This document shows, one piece after another, positions 49,569-53,225 of a stretch of 53,225 bases of DNA (position 1 is its first letter; each line of letters starts with the position of its first letter). The notes beneath the pieces were generated by a model. It was not told the DNA's origin. It worked only from the letters and a program-made list of their open reading frames with translations, and made no database searches. The DNA is from an uncultured archaeon. Its GTDB lineage: Archaea; Asgardarchaeota; Thorarchaeia; Thorarchaeales; Thorarchaeaceae. Position numbers and translations under genes: made by a program. The stretch covers positions 1 to 53,225 of the forward strand of contig CAZVZC010000003.1 in NCBI GenBank assembly GCA_964631415.1, in the 5' to 3' direction.

Positions 49569-50351
49569 ATGGCAGACAAACAACAAAGGCGGACTCTCAG
49601 AGAATGGCTGTCTGAGAACGCGCGAAAGGAAGCTAAGCACTACACAGAGATTGCCGAAGCTCTGGGAAGAGACCCTGCGTCTGTGTCCGCCTCATTGTCC
49701 ATCGAACGGAAGCAGGCCCTTGAAGACAACCGCCCTCCGTATTTCGTTAGAGTTGCACCAGGTCTATACCGATACAACGACGTATGCGAAGGCGCCCTAG
49801 ACGAAGACCTGATTGTTGAAGTCAGGAACAGGGCAGAGGAGTTTAATGCCGCGACCCGCAGAGAGATGCGGTACGCAATCTAGGAACTGGACATACAGGC
49901 TTTTGAAAAACTTGCAATGATAATTCTGACCAACATCCGGGCAAGGGTCGAAGAAACCGAAGTCATCAGGCGGCATGATGACACTGTAGTGATGATCACC
50001 TCGTGGCGCGATGATGGCGGTCATTCCCCCGTCGTTGTATATGCCAAGAAGTGCGAACTCGATGAACCGGTTGGCCGAGAAACAATCCTTGAGATTCGAG
50101 GCTCTCTGCCGACTCTCAGGGCCAACCAAGGCGTTCTCATCACAAATGGTGTCGTTTCTAAGGAGGGTAGGGCTGAAGCCCTCGGATATGTCTTAGAAGA
50201 TGTCAAGACAGTAGTCCCCCCAGTTCACTTACAGGATATCGATATTATGCTGAACATCCTTCTGGAGAGCAGGACGGGCGTCAGGGTGAGACCTGTCGAG
50301 GTGCTTCTGCTCGACGCAGAGTTCTTCAAGCACATCTCCAAGGCGGACTAG
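49569..50351 (+). CDS. HARE-HTH + Mrr-like restriction-fold protein interrupted by an in-frame TAG at 49881-49883
   Basis: The 49569 and 49917 ORFs share a frame, with bridge RYAI*ELDIQAFEKLAM. HYTEI..PASVSA..FVRVAPGLY wHTH motif and Mrr-like VGRETI..IRGSL..GVLITNG. Confidence 0.72.
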
Positions 50352-50549
50352 AGACTTCGGGACACAGAACCTTTGTACTGTGGCTCCAGATGAGTCTGTA
50401 CGATGTCGATATATGCGCAAACGTGTCTTTTTGTCGTAGGGCATCTGGTTTCTTAACCGCATTAACTCACGAGTCCTATGGTTTTAAATACAGGTTGTTG
50501 CCATTAGACCTCCCATCACGGAACTCCATAAGAATCCGTGAAAGTAAAA

Positions 50550-52139
50550 ATGGAGAAGAACGCAATGAGCGGAGATCAAAAGATGCTCTTCGTCAGAGAG
50601 AGCTCAGGCCTCGTGAAGGAGGTCGGCACAGGCTTTGCCCTGCTGCTTCCGATTGCGCTCACGCTGGGTCCATGGTTCCACTACGGTGGTGTTTACATCT
50701 CAACTTGGTACCCAGGTGCGCACATCACTGCGATGTTTGCAATCGGCTCCTTTACAGTGTTCTTTGAGGCGCTGGCACTGATGTGCTTGATGCTTTCGAT
50801 GCCGAGATCAGGAGCGTCCTACTACTTCACAGGAAGAGGACTCAGCCCGATATTCGGTGTGATGGAGGGCTGGCGAAGTGTGATAACGAATCCAGTCTTC
50901 AGGGGCACTGGCAGCTTCTTTGCTGTGCAGGTCTTTGTAGGCGGACTGACAGTTGTAGGTGCCGCCACAGGCGATGCATTTGTGCAGGGCTTGGCAGTTA
51001 CCCTAGCCGCACCCATCCCACTGTGCTTAACGGCAATTGCGATGATCCTGGTTGGATTTGTCTTCAGCTACATGAGCGTCAAGTGGCTGGGCTGGTTTGT
51101 GATCATACTTGGACTGGTCAACATCCTCGCCCTAGTAGTCGCTGACGTGGTAATGCTCGCGACTCCACATGCCTCCCTTCAAGGCATATGGGACACCGTC
51201 TTTGGTGGAGGCGCCTACGCCGGGGTTGTTACCGCTGGCGGTGACATTGGTGCATATACTAACTTCAACTGGAGTGCAGTCGGTCCCGCACTGATTCTGA
51301 CTGTCGGTATGATGTGGCCTTACCTCATTATGCCAGTTGCAGGTGAGGTTGCCCAGCCAAGCAAGAACATACCACTCTCAAACGTGGGTGGTTGGGCAGG
51401 TATCGCCTTCTTCTTCCTGCTGTCAGGCTTTGCCCTAGAGAGCATGATGGGGACATTCCTGTACTCAAACAACATAGCCGCGTACACTGCCACTGCGGGC
51501 TCTGTCTTCCCAGGATTCGGCAACTTCGCTGCCGTCGTCCTTGCAGCCCAAGGCAGTCCTCTGGTGTGGTTCGTCATCCTCTGTCCGATATACGCAAGCG
51601 TGCTTGACTCACCCAGCAACGCCCTATGGGTGACTAGGCCATTCCACTCAATGGCTATGGACCGCTTCTGCCCAGCAGCTTTCGCAAGTGTCCACCCGAA
51701 GTACCACGTACCACATGTTTCGCTGTGGTTCTGGCTAATACTGACCATTGCAACGACAGTCTACGCTACCATCCTACAGGTTGTCACCGGCACGGGTCTG
51801 AGTGCGCTTGTGGGTGTCGGCTTCACGTACGTGTTCATAAGGTGGCAGATGGCACTCGCTGCAGTCAGCTTGCCATACTACCGCCCGACGCTATGGGAGC
51901 GCAGTGGTGCTTGGATGGTGCCCGGCCTCAAAGTCCCGCTGATTTCATTCGGTGGCTTGATTTCTGGCGCCATATTCTTCTATGCAATGATCGCCTTCCA
52001 AGCCACAGCCGTATACGAGATTCTTTTCACGGTGATCGTGTACGTCTGGGGTCAGATCATGTACATATACTACGGTGCGAAGAACAAGGCGAAGGGCATC
52101 GAGCTCGGAGCTATCTTTGGACAGCTACCACCTGAGTAG
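50550..52139 (+). CDS. APC family (amino acid/polyamine/organocation) permease
   Basis: LFVRESSGLVKE, MPRSGASY, AGEV, MAMDR..P..F..VHPKY and C-terminal LPPE. Confidence 0.9.
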   Translation: MEKNAMSGDQKMLFVRESSGLVKEVGTGFALLLPIALTLGPWFHYGGVYISTWYPGAHITAMFAIGSFTVFFEALALMCLMLSMPRSGASYYFTGRGLSPIFGVMEGWRSVITNPVFRGTGSFFAVQVFVGGLTVVGAATGDAFVQGLAVTLAAPIPLCLTAIAMILVGFVFSYMSVKWLGWFVIILGLVNILALVVADVVMLATPHASLQGIWDTVFGGGAYAGVVTAGGDIGAYTNFNWSAVGPALILTVGMMWPYLIMPVAGEVAQPSKNIPLSNVGGWAGIAFFFLLSGFALESMMGTFLYSNNIAAYTATAGSVFPGFGNFAAVVLAAQGSPLVWFVILCPIYASVLDSPSNALWVTRPFHSMAMDRFCPAAFASVHPKYHVPHVSLWFWLILTIATTVYATILQVVTGTGLSALVGVGFTYVFIRWQMALAAVSLPYYRPTLWERSGAWMVPGLKVPLISFGGLISGAIFFYAMIAFQATAVYEILFTVIVYVWGQIMYIYYGAKNKAKGIELGAIFGQLPPE

Positions 52140-52153
52140 AGATTCCCCAACAA

Positions 52154-52192
52154 GAAGAGAGCTTCCAGCTCTCTTCCCTTCTTTTTCTCCCT
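52154..52192 (+). terminator. Hairpin plus pyrimidine tract
   Basis: GAAGAGAGCT-TCC-AGCTCTCTTC followed by CCTTCTTTTTCTCC. Confidence 0.6.
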
Positions 52193-52289
52193 CTCGATTC
52201 TGCAGCTCAACCGCCTGCCACGTAGTCTGTGGTTCGCCATTCACATGATGTCGCATTAGCCCCGATACTGCCCCTCAAAACAGCAGCGA

Positions 52290-53219
52290 CTAGTCCTCTT
52301 CTGTAAAGTCGTATATTGGCGGGAACCGATTCCTGCTCGCTTTGCTTGCGAAGGGCTCAAGGTGGTCCCAGCTTCTGTGGAGGCATGACGGAAATGACCA
52401 CGGTCTTATCAACAAGACTTGAGGAACGCCCTCGGATGACCTGTATGTGTTGAGCGCATTCTCAGCCGCTGAGAGAACGGTCCGTCGTTCCTCTTCCTCC
52501 CATACCTGCTGTCGGTAGATGTACGAGTCCTCATGCCACTGATAGAGGATCTCGACGTCGTCCACGAGTATGCTCTTGATGCGCCGCCATGGCCAGAAGG
52601 TTGACATTTGCTCCAGCTGCTCTCCTGTGCCGTAGAGGTCAATAGCCATTCCCTCTCTGCAGAGGACATACGTAGCGCCCTTCTCCCTCCACCTCTTCTC
52701 TCGCGGTTTAGTGGATGGGCCTTTGTGCAGCCAATCGTGCCATTCAGCTTCGTGCCGCGAAAGGACTTCGCAATGGTCCACAACATACCGAACCGCCGCT
52801 GCTGTCGCATGATGCGCAAGACCTAGTAACGATGGCGTTTCAGTGTATTTCTCCACAAGCTCCGTCACGTCCCGCACATCACTCTGGGGAATGTACGCCC
52901 ACACCTGGAAATGTGCTTCTCCATAGGGCATGGCATACACGAAGAGCATTCCTGCTGGACCAATGACCTTGTAGTTACCGGGCAGCTCCTCCGTTAGCGG
53001 CCACGACTTCTCGTCTCTGCAGTAGTTGACTTCACAGCATTCGAAGGAAACAACCTCAGACCACTCGACATCGAACAACGCTTGGTATGCTTTCCCCTTC
53101 CTCTCTCTCGGCAATACGAATCTTGCACCCTTGGCGCATATCTTCAGCTCACCGACAGTCTTGCTGTGAGGGTCCACTCCGACGTACTCGAAGTCAGTGA
53201 AATCCAGATCTCTAGACAA
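52290..53219 (-). CDS. Hypothetical protein, possibly tandem PH-like domains (start may lie outside the window)
   Basis: Long ORF with two segments of the type G/Y-x-L-x-x-x-G...W-x-x-I/V. Confidence 0.6.
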   Translation of the reverse strand: MSRDLDFTDFEYVGVDPHSKTVGELKICAKGARFVLPRERKGKAYQALFDVEWSEVVSFECCEVNYCRDEKSWPLTEELPGNYKVIGPAGMLFVYAMPYGEAHFQVWAYIPQSDVRDVTELVEKYTETPSLLGLAHHATAAAVRYVVDHCEVLSRHEAEWHDWLHKGPSTKPREKRWREKGATYVLCREGMAIDLYGTGEQLEQMSTFWPWRRIKSILVDDVEILYQWHEDSYIYRQQVWEEEERRTVLSAAENALNTYRSSEGVPQVLLIRPWSFPSCLHRSWDHLEPFASKASRNRFPPIYDFTEED

Positions 53220-53225
53220 CCCAAG

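Noticed and set aside
1-53225. Genome-wide reassignment of TAA/TAG, or selenoproteins
   Set aside because: TAG and TAA terminate conserved genes at expected ends (cofE, radA, pheT, aRF1). No in-frame TGA at a Cys position was noticed.

Overview
Gene-dense archaeal chromosomal segment, most likely from an Asgard archaeon (Thorarchaeota-like). This is inferred from archaeal core genes (top6A/B, radA, aRF1, archaeal pheS/pheT, cofE, geranylgeranyl reductase, ino1) co-occurring with two Rab-like small GTPases and a Roadblock/LC7 protein. The left ~31 kb is mostly housekeeping and signalling. The right ~18 kb (35.2-52.1 kb) is a catabolic cluster: a dehydratase-type glycyl radical enzyme co-oriented with KDG kinase and KDPG aldolase, an aminotransferase, an RraA/HMG aldolase, two FAD-oxidoreductase/Fe-S pairs, SCP2, a URO-D/MtaA-family protein and an APC transporter. 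Most notable observations: (1) a CRISPR-independent Cas4-like nuclease split over two coupled genes, each half with a membrane anchor and the four Fe-S cysteines shared between halves; (2) a possible radical-dependent Entner-Doudoroff-like pathway; (3) a Topo VI-A/Spo11 homolog carrying two RadA/Rad51-N-like HhH domains; (4) three in-frame TAA/TAG codons, one inside top6B, in the same window as an aRF1 with a divergent stop-recognition domain; (5) a GACCAC/GTGGTC palindrome cluster. No rRNA, tRNA, CRISPR array or transposase was recognised. All family calls come from visual motif recognition, not database searches.
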